Source of the DNA: the human T2T-CHM13v2.0 reference genome, Homo sapiens | Length of the DNA stretch: 64,000 nt | Direction: 5' to 3' | Assembly (NCBI GenBank): GCA_009914755.4 | Contig: CP068257.2 | Location: forward strand, 41,888,001-41,952,000 | Part shown: positions 37,437 to 51,795 of the stretch, one piece after another | Numbering within the stretch: position 1 is the first letter of the stretch | How the letters are laid out: every line of letters begins with the position of its first letter | Position numbers and translations under genes: made by a program | Notes under the pieces: generated by a model | What the model was told of the DNA's origin: nothing | Databases searched by the model: none | What the model saw: the letters and a program-made list of their open reading frames with translations, nothing else

Positions 37437-40400
37437 TGAAACAGTTTCAGAAGGTACAACTATGACTCTATTTGTAATATTCACCATGGGATACAGAAGA
37501 AGGAATGATCAGACTTGAGGACGTGAAATCTGGAAAGGCCCTCTGGAAGGTGGTTTCAAGCTGGATTTTGAAGGTATAGGAACATAAAGTATCTACCCAT
37601 TTAAATGATTATGAGATGGAGTCATAAAACTTTATATAGTAGGCTATTTTATATTTCTGACTTTTTTCTTTCCAAAAAGATGCTATTCCCTCAACCTTCA
37701 CAGTAAATTACAACTCCCTTATAATGGAATGTAACATCTTGGCTTCTTCCATTAGCTCATCTGTTTCTCAATTACACTCTGGCAACAGATTCCTCACTTC
37801 TCTCTTTCCAAAATCGCTTCTCAACTTTTTCAACATGATACTGTAGACAACAGATCACACACAGAGGAGAAGTGGAAAAGGTGTTACTTGGCCCAGCCAG
37901 GAATTTGCTCCTTTTCTAAAATATACTTGCATGGCAGATGGGTCAGCTCTGATACATATGCAGAGCCTGAATCACAACCAGATTAGTCCCACTTCCACAC
38001 ATGTCAAAATACATTAAAATAAGCAGATGTCAGTAACCATAACAGAAATACCACTGGCAAACAGAATTCTCAGAATTCCTCATCTATTAAAATGAAGGCA
38101 ACACATAATTTTTACGTTTCAAATTAAACGTAGGTTTAATTTATAAATTCGGCATGGCACAGGAGAAAACACACAAGCTGAGGTAGAGGGTTTATAGTCA
38201 GGGGCCAGGATATGAATGCCAAATGGGGTACTGCCTAACTGACTGGCCTTGGCAAGTAAATCTTTCACATTCTCTGAGCCTGTTTCCTTGTCAATATAAT
38301 ACAAAGTACATCCATCTCAAAGAGTTTTATACAGCACATTGTATAATACATGTAAAACAAGTACAAATGTAATAATAACTATTAGGGCTCTCATTGGCTA
38401 CTCTGCTTCCTTTGGCCATGCAGATTATCACATACTTATGGCCTGAAAGAATTACCTTTTCAAGAATTACCTTTTGGTTTGGTTTTCTGGGAAGTTCAGT
38501 TTATGGAGAATACGTTTTAAATATTAGAGTTTGTGTCAGCAAATATGTTTTTGTTTATTGTGATAACACAATGTGGGACAAAGCAATACTTACGTCCCTT
38601 ACTTTAAATATATGTACATATGCCATTAGTCATGTATACTGAATTATTTGTGTATATTTAAAACAAAGACATATAAGCATTCTCTTCATCGCAAATTAGA
38701 TCAGAAATCCTCCAGAGGTACCCAGATACAAATGCTGTCCCCACAAAGTCCACGAAGCCTCTCCCCTCCACAGCACTCTGTGGAAGCCCCTCTGCTTTGA
38801 CTCACTCCTGGACAGCCCCTCCGCCCTCTGTCCACGCAGCTTTGCCCTGACACTGTGTCATTTCACTCCTACCTGCTGCCACTGCATACCTCGTGGGGCC
38901 CTCCCTCCGTGCTTGTCATCCCTAGCCTTCCTTCAATATGGCTTCTAGCACCACAATGCTACTGGTTCTGCTTTCTTCAAGGAGCCCAGACATCTGGACA
39001 CTGGCTCTCGGGGCCTCTACTCAGTCCTCAGCCTCTTGGTCTTGTTTTCTGCTCCTTTTCCAGGCTCTCCCTTCACCAAGCAACTCCGAACCCCTCAGCA
39101 ACTCTGCCTTCCCTTTCTATAGGCCAGGGGGAGTGTGCGGCGGCTCAGCCCCTCTATTCACTGCCACCCTCATGCTCTACCCTGAAGATGGAATCAATTC
39201 TGCTTCATATCATAGCTCAAAATAGAGCTCTCTCAGATTCACATTTTGAGTCTGTTTCTCTCCTGAAAAGCTCTCACCTTTCTGAGTCCAAACCCAACAA
39301 GGCAATGTGAGGAGTGTGAACAGAGGGACACGGTGATGAGGATGCCCAGGGTTGAGGCCAGAGGAGGTCAGATCATGGACCCTGACCAGAGCCCCTTCCG
39401 GTTTTCAGTGGGGATGTCAGTGGTGTAATCCGACTGTGAAAGATCAGTCTAACAAAACAGCGGGGAGAGAGAGGGCTGAATCAGAGCGACTAGGTCCAAA
39501 GCCGAGGGAACCACCAACAGATCCCCTGGTGACCCAACAAGAAATGCTCACAGTCTGGACCCAATCAGAGTCTGCAGGACACAGCAGACATTCTGGAAGT
39601 TACAACAGCCAGGAGCAAGAGGACGCATGGCCTGACTGGACCTCCACAGTGGGAGTGAAGGGAAAGGCCAGGCTTGGGGGAGGAGAGGGGATACCATCAG
39701 CCAGGATGTGCAAGAGAGAACACAGGGCGAGCCCCAGGGGAAACACGACATGTCCAGCTCTGGGAGTCACGAGGTGGCTGTGGGAGGTCCATGTGAAGGA
39801 AAGGCACAGGCACTGGATGTGCTAGCCCAGCGCTTGGGAGAAAGACTTGGGCTTGAGTTAGATACTTCAGTGCCACTGTAATAAAGAAAGCAGTGACAGT
39901 CATAGGTGTAGACGTGACTGCCCGGAGAACATGTAAGCTTGGAGAAGTGGCCTGCTGTGGACAGGACCCTGGGGCAAGACGCACCCTCAGGAAAGCAGGT
40001 GAGGGAGAAACAGAGGTGTGAAGTGCAGCAGAGAGGGAGCATGTGAAGTTGCCCACATTTCCTACATCCAGCACAAGCGCACACAGGGAAGGCCCACTAC
40101 AAAGCCAGTGGACAGAACTCCCTAGGGCTTCAGCAGCAACGCCTCCTCTCCAGCTGCTCCCTGGCACTCAGGTGTCCGAGAGGACAAGGACGAGTGCTGC
40201 TGAGCTCTCTCCTCTCTGTTGGAAAACTAACCAATGATGTCTGGCAAAAATGACAGCTGCAGATGCTGCCTTTTCCAACGAGCTGTCTTCAGAGTCAGAG
40301 CCCTCTGAAACACACACACATTTTCCTGTATTTGACAGTTTAGCAAAGTGAAAAAGTTCCAATCTTTGGGGCTTAGATGTTCTTGGTATCTTTGACTTTT

Positions 40401-40559
40401 CTTCTCTATGCTATAAAACTTTTGGATTACACCCAAATCAATTCTACTTTCACAATGCTAAACAATGACAAAACACACTAAGATTGGAGTATAGCAATGA
40501 ACAGTCATTAAATCTGTGAGAGTGAGAAGTTTCCCTTGTTCTACAACACTAGCGGTGCA

Positions 40560-40775
40560 CCTGGTCCTTACGAGGCTCTAAGTGTTTGGTGAATACATGA
40601 ATGAGCCCATGAGTGAGTGAATGAAAGAACGTGTGTGTCCCCAGCTGTCCGCTGCCACGGCTCTGCATGGGTAAGCCAAGCATGGTGCTCTGGAATCAGA
40701 AAAAGCAGGGTTTGATCCTGGCTCCCCTGTCTACTAGCTCTTTGACCACAGAAGAGCCACCTTTCTAATGCTGCT
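40560..40775. mobile_element. Two adjacent MIR SINE fragments
   Basis: gtgaatacatgaatgagcccatgagtgagtgaatgaaagaacg is the reverse complement of the MIR 3' end (cattcattcattcaacaaatatttattgag…). …gctctggaatcagaaaaagcagggtttgatcctggctcccctgtctactagctctttgacc is the MIR 5' region in plus orientation. Confidence 0.45.
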
Positions 40776-41884
40776 GCCCAGTGTGACGGGGGGCTGACGC
40801 TGCCCACTTCCCATTGCAGCTGTACTGCCGAGCCAGCTGTGTGGTGGGCCCATGGCGGGGTGTTCCATTCACAGAGCTACAGGGACAGCCTAGAGGAGCC
40901 CAAGGCTCCCCTTGAGAACTGTCAACAATGCTACCATCTCAGAGTGAAACTAGGAAAACCCACAGACTTAGAATGTACATAATTAGAAATCTTGGAAAAT
41001 AAATTAGAAATCCAACCAGTAACATATGAAGAGTCCTGAATTACCCAAAACTCTAATCAAAATGACCCTGCTGTAATCTTCAGAAGGCCAGACCAAAACA
41101 CCTTCGTTCATGTGATAAATGCAGATCAAACACTGCTGCTTCCCCAGCTCTGGGTCACAACTGAGCACAGGGCAATGACCAGGACTTGGTCTCTGCCTTC
41201 TCCCTCACAGGGGACAGACAAACTGTGCTGGTGGCGTCCTGGGGGGAAGGCCCTGTGAAATGAAGGGGCACCTGGCAGTCTGGGGGAGGGTGTGGAGGAC
41301 AGCACAGGAAGGGGTCATCAGTAGAGCTGGCACTGTGCTGGGGGAGGGTGACACCTGGGCATCTCGGGGCTCATCTGCATCCAGCTCCCCACTTCCTTCC
41401 ACTTTGCTCGATTCCCAACCTTTCGGGGCAACCTCGTGATGAGTAGTTTCGTTTGCTAAGTCGTTGGAAACTAGGAAGAAGTCATCTTGTCTGCATGGGA
41501 CAAGAGCATCCCAGTCACTAGTGAAGACAGCCTCGAGGCCAAGCCATCGACGGGCTTCTGCTCCATGAGCCTCTGTGAGTGAGCAGGGCCCGAGGCAGCC
41601 TTTCATGACCAAGACCACTGTGGCGCTCTCACAGGGGGAGGAGGCCAGACCACAGGCCCAGCAGGATCTCTTACCAGACTGCCAGCATCCTGCCTTCCCC
41701 TGGAAAACAGCACAGCTACATCATCTCGCCCTTTCAACCTACAACTATTCAATTTAGCACTTAAATTTGAAACAATAAAAAAATCAGTCAGTTGCCATGC
41801 ACTGGCTGACTCCTCTGAAGACATCAGCAAATCTACACGTTGGGTGATTATCTTGGGAGCAATGGTTCCTAAACCTTTTTTTGA

Positions 41885-42200
<316 letters not shown>

Positions 42201-43380
42201 CTAAGCACTTTTTCAATTCTGGTAAAAGCTGTGGCCTAGTCCTCCCCGACCCCAACATCCACGACGCACACTGAGACCACAGGGCACACAGGGCCGCCCT
42301 CCATGGGGAGCAGCTGTCCTCGAGGCTGATCTTGCTTTTCCTTCCTCTGAGACGGCTTCCTCTCGGCTCAGCCTCCTTGGGACGGGGGTGCCGTCAACCC
42401 AGCTGCTTCCTCTTCTCTCCCGATGAAGGGATGGCTCAAAAGTGCCAGCAGCACGAGCCATGGCAGACACACAGCTCAGGGCCTCAGGCTCTGCTTCCTT
42501 CCACTCCCAGGCCTGACAGAACCCACAGGGCTCACCGCATGCGCACAGGCAACCAGGGCACAGGAGCAGCAGGGCCTTCCCTCCCCTCCTGCTGCTCACG
42601 CAGCTCCTGCTGTGCTTTTCAGGCAGCTCCTTCATGTCTTATTCCCATTTTAAGAAATGGAACTCAAAATGTTTGGACCTCCGGGATTTGGAATTCCTCA
42701 AATGTTACAGGATATTTATATCACAGTTCTGATAACAGGTGCACTAAGTCAGCCACAAAAGTTACAGAATATGAAAACACGACGCTCCACTGGGCTGCAT
42801 GAGCATGCTCGCCTTTCGAGGTGACGCAGCCTCATCCCTTCATGCTGAAAGGGCAATTTATTTTGAAGCCTGCACATCTCCGTGGAAAAATTCATAAACC
42901 TGTCACAGAGAATTACACCCGCCACCTAAGCTTTCAGACTCCCTTTAAAAACTTGAGAAGACACTGTAGCTCTTCAATTGCAAGAAGTGGGGAGCTGATA
43001 CCTAACACTGTGGGACAAACTGCCGGCCTGATTCTTTCCAGAAGGAGAGGATGATAAAAATAACTTACACTTGACTAGCAATTCACCACTTACAAACTAC
43101 TTTCACACATATTACTGCATTTTTACTTTGGGAGGAAAGTCTTTAGCCCAAAAGAAAATGAAACACACTACTGTTGAGTAATCCTGCCAAATAAATAGGA
43201 AGTGCATCTTAACAAACCCAGCTGGACAACAGCGTGAGCTAATGTTAGGATCCCACTATAGACTAAAAAACTCCTAAAGGTAGCTTTCTTCCTATTTATA
43301 GTTAAAAGAATAGCCAAGATTAGTGCACACTAAAAGACAGTGGTAAGTGCTAAGGATATTTAAAATATCATTCAAAAGTC

Positions 43381-43775
<395 letters not shown>

Positions 43776-45229
43776 CTAAGTGGAAAATAAGTCAATGGTT
43801 TCCTATTTGTTTTGTGAGTTCCTAATTGTCTGCAAGCCTTAAACTTGTCTATAAACCATGAATTTAAGTCATTTCCACCTCTTACTAGTCATTACTAGTG
43901 GTTACACAGAGCCTCTACACTACTAAGCCTCAGTGTCCCCACATATAAACTATGTCTGGCATAAAGATTACACCAAATCCCATAAGGAAAGGCTCTAGTC
44001 CAGCAGCTGTCACATAGTAAATGCACAAGTCAACGTGCTATATTCACGTTTGCTTCCATTGCTGTTCATGACAAAGGCGCCAGTCATGTACAGTCTACAC
44101 AACACTATATAGAAGGCAACCCTCCACTACCACATCACATTGATGAAAAGCTTGCCTTGGTAACACTAAGCATTTTAAAGGATGACACAGTTATAATCTT
44201 CTGTATTCCTACAAATACGCTGCAAAATCTTGAAAAATTAAATTTGTCTAAAGGTCTTAAAACATGCAAAGTGAAGTGAAACATGGCGAATTTCAGTTTT
44301 TAAAAACTTTCACTGAACATTATTTGAAGCCAAATTAATGCTTTAGTTATGCTCACAGACATCCTCAATTCCCAATTTCACTTATTATTAATAACAGCTA
44401 TCATTATTAAAGAAATTATTCAGCTAAACCATGTGAAATTGTCATTTTCATTGGTCTAAAGTGGATAAACACTGGCAATTTCATGTGGTTCAACCTAAGC
44501 CTATCACCAGTGCCTGTGCTGGGTACTCTATGTAGGTCAACGAATTTAATTCTCGTAATTGCTCTGAAGTGATGTCAGCGACACCATTCTTCAGGTGGTC
44601 AAGGAGCTTGCCCCAAACCCACAGCTGACATGCAGGTTGGCACTCCACCACCCCATCCCTCGACCTCCACTTCTCAACCACATGCAGGGGGCTCTGTTCA
44701 CCTCTTTATTTGCATTTGGTGTCTTCACATTTTAAGAAAACCAAAGCAAGTAAGTTGGTGCTGGCAGGATATGTTTTTAAGAAAATGAAGATGTTACCTC
44801 CAATTATCACGCCTTCTTTATTTCCCTTTATTCTGCATATCAATAAATCTGGAATTGACTTAGGACACTTAGTGACTGTATTACTACAGAAACAGTCAAA
44901 ATACTTCAACTGGAAGTACAAAATACTTCAGCTAAAAGTACAAAACTTCAGCTCAAAGTGGCTTAAACGTAATCACATTTATTATTTCTTAAAACGAGAA
45001 GTCCAGGGCTGGATCCAATGTCTCAATTATGTTATGGAAGGCCTGGGTTATTTTCTCTGCCTGCCCCAACAGCATCAACTGTAAGGCTGGCATTCGGGGC
45101 CACAGGCTTCCTCATTCAACTCCAGTGAAGAAGTCTCTCCCCCATCCCTTGGATCTGGATGTAGCTACTCAGGTCATGTGCCCACCTCTGGACTGTCAGG
45201 CCTCTGAGCCCAAGCTAAGCCATCATATC

Positions 45230-45900
45230 CCCTGTGACCTGCACGTATACACCCAGATGGCCTGAAGCAACTGAAGATCCACAAAAGAAGTGAAAATAGC
45301 CAGGTCCTGCCTTAGCTGATGACATTCCACCATTGTGATCTGTTCCTGCCCCACCCTAACTGATCAACTGACCTTATGACAATACACCCTCCCTGCCCTT
45401 GCGATAATGGACTCTGTGATATTCCCCTGCCCTTAAGAAGGTACTTCATAATATTCTCCCCGCCCTTGAGAATGTACTTTGTGAGATCTACTCCCTGCCC
45501 ACAAAAAATTGCTTCTAACTCCACCGCCTATCCCAAACCTATAAGAACTAATGATAATCCCACCACCCTTTGCTGACTCCTTTTTTGGACTCGGCCTGCC
45601 TGCACCTTGTTGCTCACACAAAGCCTGTTTGGTGGACTCTCTTCACACGAACGTGCGTCACATGGACCATGCACTGTTGGCAGAAGGATGCCCTGCACTG
45701 ACCACCTTATGCCTTGAGCCCTAAACCCATCACCGGCACACAGTAAGATGGCTAGGGCTGGCTCAGACCATCCATTTTCAACCCTGTCTCACATTAGGAT
45801 CCTTCAGAGAGACTTACAAATCCTGATGCCTGGGCCCTGCTCCATACTCCTGCCCAATTAATACAATCTCTAGGGATGAGATTCCCTAGAGATGTGTGTG
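45230..45900. mobile_element. ERV-type solo-LTR-like element with internal ~38-bp tandem repeats (family not identified)
   Basis: Three tandem copies of ccctgccct(t/g)(g/a)…tg(a/t)gat… (ccctgcccttgcgataatggactctgtgatattcc / cctgcccttaagaaggtacttcataatattctcc / ccgcccttgagaatgtactttgtgagatctactcc). Followed by …gttgctcacacaaagcctgtttggtggactctcttcacacgaacgtgcgtcac…, phrasing typical of ERV LTR U3-R regions. Confidence 0.35.
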
Positions 45901-45932
45901 TGTGTGTGCATTCTCTTTTTTTCTCTCTCTCT
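45893..45932 (+). repeat. (TG)n then (CT)n dinucleotide microsatellites
   Basis: gtgtgtgtgtgtgtgtgc…ctctctctctct. Confidence 0.9.
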
Positions 45933-48644
45933 ATGAAACTCCCTTCTCTTTCCCTGAGTCATATGATCCACGAAAGGGAGGATGGAGCCCGGAATAAAGT
46001 TGGGGTTCTGTTAGAAATGAAGAAAGGGAAAAAGGGTGCAGAACAAGCCATCCATGGTGTCCATTCTACACAGACACAACCAAATCAATCATGAAGAAAG
46101 GCAACATAGGTCCTTCTCCATGCTGCGACGAGCTCGGCACTGTACCACCCTCATCGCTCTCTCATGGATGGCTCTGTGTTGCACAACACACAGGTGATAA
46201 CCTTAGCATGCTGTCACTGACACAACTATAAGAAAGCCTCTGAAGGGTCCTACAGCCCCACAGAATGTAAGCAGAGGTCTCCTACACAGCCTCCCAGGTT
46301 AGATGGGGCTAGGGCGCCTACCCTGTGCTGTTTCTGGGCTGAAGCTGTGTGGCTGTCCAGGGCCATGGCTGTCTGCTCCACCCAGGTCTCTGTGGCCTGG
46401 CAGGGCACTCTGGCTTAGGAGGGGCATGAGCCAGAAGAGAAGACTAGTTGTGTACCTTCCAGCCCGGCCAGGACCGCCTCTGGGATGTCAGGACTTTGAC
46501 AGGGCCCAGGATGTCCAAGTTTTTCTTAACAATTTCAGCACTTACACAAATGGTATATTTGTATCCAAGAAACATAACCCACAAATATTTGACAAATGCT
46601 AACTCCCCAATTTTCATCTCCTAAAGGGTTTCTTTTGACATCTGAATAGAAAGGGTTTCCAAGACATTATGTAACTAAGATTGTCATCAGTTGACTGTAT
46701 GCACAGCTGGGAGGCTTACAAATCATATGGAAGATTTCATTAGCTGCGGTTTTCTAATCTCACAACAACAATCCTAAACACCCAGATCCTTCATCAATGA
46801 GTTAATGAAGAACATTCGACGACATCTTTTCTTAAAGAATAATGAAGAATTCATGCAGAGTTATTATAAAAATTATTCCAATATTTGTGGCTTACAGTAA
46901 AACAAACAACAAAAATGGAGCAAGCATTATATTTTAGTAGCCTACTTTGATGCCACAGATGCCACCGTCTAAAGATGAACTGCAGGGGACGGTGAACTCC
47001 TAGCCCAAGAAAATATGAAGAAAGCCACAGTGTATTTTGAAGTAAAATAGTTAATTCTTGTTCTTATTTTTCATTTTAGACTGAAATCCTGAAAATTAGA
47101 ATCTGATTACCCTTAATACAGACACACAAAACTCTCCTTTCACCAACAAATCCCCAAAGCAGCATCAACCTTACTACCCGCCCCTCTTTCTTCTCTGCTC
47201 ATTCCTCCTAAGCCACCCTTGTGCCTGACCCTGTGCTCTATGGGAACCTTTTCAGAGTTCATCAATAACTCTCTGTTGCCAAATGCTTCTCTTCACTCTT
47301 GTTTTCTTTGAGTTCCGACTCTAACAGCCATTGTATTCTTCTCAAAGAAATGGTTTCTGTCCCTCTTTTTAAAATGTATAAAGCATTTCCAATTGCTGTT
47401 CCACTCAATTCTCACAGCCACCCTGTTCCAAACAGACAGGAACAGTGTTTATATCTCTATTTTGTGGATGACAGAATATCATGGAAGTGAAGGGACTCAC
47501 CCAGAATCACAAACCAGAATACAGGAGGAGAGGGGCCAGCCTGCTTTCTGATGCCTCGACCTGTCTCCTAGCTCAGGGCTCTCATGAGCCCTACATCCCT
47601 CTGCTCAGGCCTCTCGGCCAGCCTCCCCGTGTCATGTTCCCTACACTGCCAGTCTTTCTGTTTGTCACCTTTTTCAGAATGACTCCCAAACCCATGTCAC
47701 TAGCAAGTTTCTTGTGAACTCTAAGCTTCTTGTCTCCAACTACTTCTTGGACATTTCCATTTGGATTTTTTTTACTATGTCAGACTGACCATGTCACACA
47801 CCAAATTCATCTTCATGTAAACTCACTCCCCTTTCTCAATGTGCCTATGAGTTAATTGTATCCTGACCAGACTACACTAAAGTTTCTATTGCGCTCAGCT
47901 TGTCAGACTGGACATATGCAGGCCAAATGTTTTTTGACATCCTTTGACGTACGAAGTGGCCATTTGACCACTCAATTATATCAACAGTGAAAAATCAAAC
48001 ATTTACATTATGTTTCTTGTTAAAGTTATCATGTAAGCATTGATTAATCAAAGAAAACAGTCCCAGCATTCTCTTGTGGAAAGGCTGACACCTTTGTTCT
48101 ATTGGACATTCTGAAGGAGAAGTTTCAAGTCAATAATGTTTGAGACATTTTTTAAAAGATAAAAACCACATTTTGTAGTAGCTCACGTTATTAGCCCCGT
48201 GTTTACACTAAAAGGCTCAACACTGGGCTAACGCAAAACTATCAAGAGAAACACTTGACCAACATAATAAAACATTCACATGTAAAATTCTTTGTCGGTG
48301 AAGATCTTAAATATTTTGCTTTTCTATCAAATGGCCATCCACAGCTCACATAATAAAGAAGTTGCTTACTAGAATCATAACATATACAGTATTCTGACAA
48401 TGCCACATATTTGGGTTGAAAAGAATTATGAAGACACATCACTGAATATTCACTAGTTACTAAACCCTCTGGCCTTTCTCTGTGTTACGTGATATAGCCA
48501 AATGCCAGACACTGAAGGGAATCAGATGCCATATCAGAAGGCAACTGGTGCCATGGAAAAGATGTGGAATCAAAGTTGGGGGAGTGGGCACACTGCCCTC
48601 AAGGGAAGGAAGATGATGCTTAAGTTAGCTTAAGAAAGGTAAAA

Positions 48645-48973
<329 letters not shown>

Positions 48974-49354
48974 TTATGAAAGATGCTGGGATAACTCAAA
49001 ATCTGAGGAAAAGCTATACAGCCCACCTGGACAGGGATAAAGCTGACTGCAAGCCATAGGGCTCCTCTGCATCTCAGGTCAGCATTTATGTCTTGGCTTC
49101 AGCAACTGACAACACAGATAAATTTTCTCCAGGTGGCCAGGAACACGGCCACAGGCAGCTCTAGAGTCACATCCAATAGTTTCACGGCCCAAGAAAGGCA
49201 AAAAAAACACTGTTCTTCAGCAGCTGAAGCCAGAAAACTCCTGGAGAAAGACTATGGCCCAGCTCAGAGCACACACCCACCACTAAAATCACTGCTGTGG
49301 CCACAGCCATATAGCTGGCACTGCCAAGTCTCACCTTAGCCAGTGGTCAGAAGG

Positions 49355-51795
49355 GTCTGTGCTGCGGGAGATGAGGGCCTGCTGAGGGAGATGAGGGCCT
49401 GCTGAGGGGCCCTGCTGTGGGGGATGAGGGCCTGCTGTGGGGAATGAGGCCCTGCTGTGGGAGATGAGGGCCTGCCGTGGGGGATGAGGGTCTGCTGTGG
49501 GAGATGAGGGCCTGCTGTGGGGGATGAGGGCCTGCTGTGGGAGATGAGTGCCTGCTGTGGGGGATGAGGGACTGCTGAGTGGCCCTGTTGTGGGGGATGA
49601 GGGCCTGCTGTGGGAGATGAGGGCCTGCTGTGGGAGATGAGGGCCTGCTGTGGGGAATGAGGCCCTGCTGTGGGGGATGAGGGCCTGCTGTGGGGAATGA
49701 GGCCCTGCTGTGGGGGATGAGGGCCTGCTGTGGGAGATGAGGGCCTGCTGTGGGGGATGAGGGCCTGCTGTGGGGGATGAGGGCCTGCTGAGGGAGATGA
49801 GTGCCTGCTGAGGGGGATGAAGGCCTGCTGAGGGGGATGAAGACCTGCTGTGGGAGATAAGGGCCTGTTGCGGGAGATGAGGGCCGGCTGAGGGAGATGA
49901 AGACCTGCTGTGGGGGATGAGGGCCTGGTGAGGGGGATGAGGGCCTGCTGCAGGAGATGAGGGCCTGTTGCGGGAGATGAGTACCTGTTGAGGGAGATGA
50001 GGGCCGGCTGAGGGAGATGAAGGGCCTGCTGAGGGAGATGAAGGGCCTGCTGAGGGAGATGAAGGGCCTGCTGAGGGAGATGAGGACCTGCTGAGGGAGA
50101 TGAGGACCTGCTGAGGGAGATGAAGGCCTGCTGAAGGAGATGAAGGCCTGCTGAGGGAGATGAAGGGCCTGCTGAGGGAGATGAAGGGCCTGCTGAGGGA
50201 GATGAGGACCTGCTGAGGGAGATGAGGACCTGCTGAGGGAGATGAGGACCTGCTGAGGGAGATGAAGGCCTGCTGAAGGAGATGAAGGCCTGCTGAGGGA
50301 GATGAAGGGCCTGCTGAGGGAGATGAAGATCTGCTGTGGGGGATGAGGGCCTGGTGAGGGGGATGAGGGCCTGCTGCGGGAGATGAGTACCTGTTGAGGG
50401 AGATGAGGGCCAGCTGAGGGAGATGAAGGGCCTGCTGAGGGAGATGAAGGGCCTGCTGAGGGAGATGAGGACCTGCTGAGGGAGATGAAGGCCTGCTGAG
50501 GGAGATGAAGGCCTGCTGAGGGAGATGAGGACCTGCTGAGAGAGATGAAGGGCCTGAGGGAGATGAAGGGCCTGCTGAGGGAGATGAGGACCTGCTGAGG
50601 GAGATGAGGACCTGCTGAGGGAGATGAAGGCCTGCTGAAGGAGATGAAGGCCTGCTGAGGGAGATGAAGGGCCTGCTGAGGGAGATGAAGGGCCTGCTGA
50701 GGGAGATGAGGACCTGCTGAGGGAGATGAGGACCTGCTGAGGGAGATGAGGACCTGCTGAGGGAGATGAAGGCCTGCTGAAGGAGATGAAGGCCTGCTGA
50801 GGGAGATGAAGGGCCTGCTGAGGGAGATGAAGACCTGCTGTGGGGGATGAGGGCCTGGTGAGGGGGATGAGGGCCTGCTGCGGGAGATGAGTACCTGTTG
50901 AGGGAGATGAGGGCCAGCTGAGGGAGATGAAGGGCCTGCTGAGGGAGATGAAGGGCCTGCTGAGGGAGATGAGGACCTGCTGAGGGAGATGAAGGCCTGC
51001 TGAGGGAGATGAAGGCCTGCTGAGGGAGATGAGGACCTGCTGAGAGAGATGAAGGGCCTGAGGGAGATGAAGGGCCTGCTGAGGGAGATGAGGACCTGCT
51101 GAGGGAGATGAAGACCTGCTGAGGGAGATGAGGACCTCCTGAGGGAGATGAAGGGACTGCTGAGGGAGATGAAGACCTGCTGAGGGAGATGAAGGACCTG
51201 CTGAGGGAGATGAGGACCTGCTGAGAGAGATGAAGGGCCTGCTGAGGGAGATATGAAAACCTGCTAAGGGAGATGAGGACCTGCCGAGGGAGATGAAGGG
51301 CCTGCTGAGGGAGATGAAGGGCCTGCTGAGGGAGATGAGGACCTGCTGAGAGAGATGAAGGGCCTGCTGAGGGAGATGAGGACCTGCCGAAGGAGATGAA
51401 GGGCCTGCTGAGGGAGATGAAGACCTGCTGAGGGAGATGAAGACCTGCTGAGGGAGATGAAGGGCCTGCTGAGGGAGATGAAGACCTGCTAAGGGAGATG
51501 AGGACCTGCCGAAGGAGATGAAGGGCCTGCTGAGGGAGATGAAGGGCCTGCTGAGGGAGATGAAGACCTGCTAAGGGAGATGAGGACCTGCCGAAGGAGA
51601 TGAAGGGCCTGCTGAGGGAGATGAAGGGCCTGCTGAGGGAGATGAAGACCTGCTAAGGGGGATAAGGACCTGCCGAAGGAGATGAAGGGCCTGCCGAGGG
51701 AGATGAAGGGCCTGCTGAGGGAGATGAGGACCTGCTGAGGGAGATGAAGGGCCTGCTGAGGGACATGAAGACCTGATGAGGGAGATGAGGGAGTC
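49355..51795. repeat. GC-rich minisatellite (VNTR): ~115 tandem copies of a 20/21-bp unit (GAGGGAGATGA(A/G)GG(G)CCTGCT and variants) with higher-order periodicity
   Basis: Read directly. Unit variants (gatgaggg / gatgaagg / gatgagga / gatgaaga; ctgctgag / ctgctgtg) recur in blocks. For example the block starting at about 50337 repeats at about 50827 (~490 bp), and an earlier block at about 49895 has ~440 bp spacing. Long ORFs on both strands (e.g. 51489-51878, minus) are repeat translations. Confidence 0.95.

Noticed and set aside
39352-40167. Overlapping 150-157-aa ORFs on both strands in unique GC-rich sequence (39352-39825 plus; 39697-40167 minus), and 42213-42802 (140 and 156 aa)
   Set aside because: Both strands are open simultaneously. 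The composition is GC-rich and the translations are low-complexity (P/S/A/G-rich) with no recognisable domain. I cannot exclude an exon of a host gene, but nothing in the sequence supports one.
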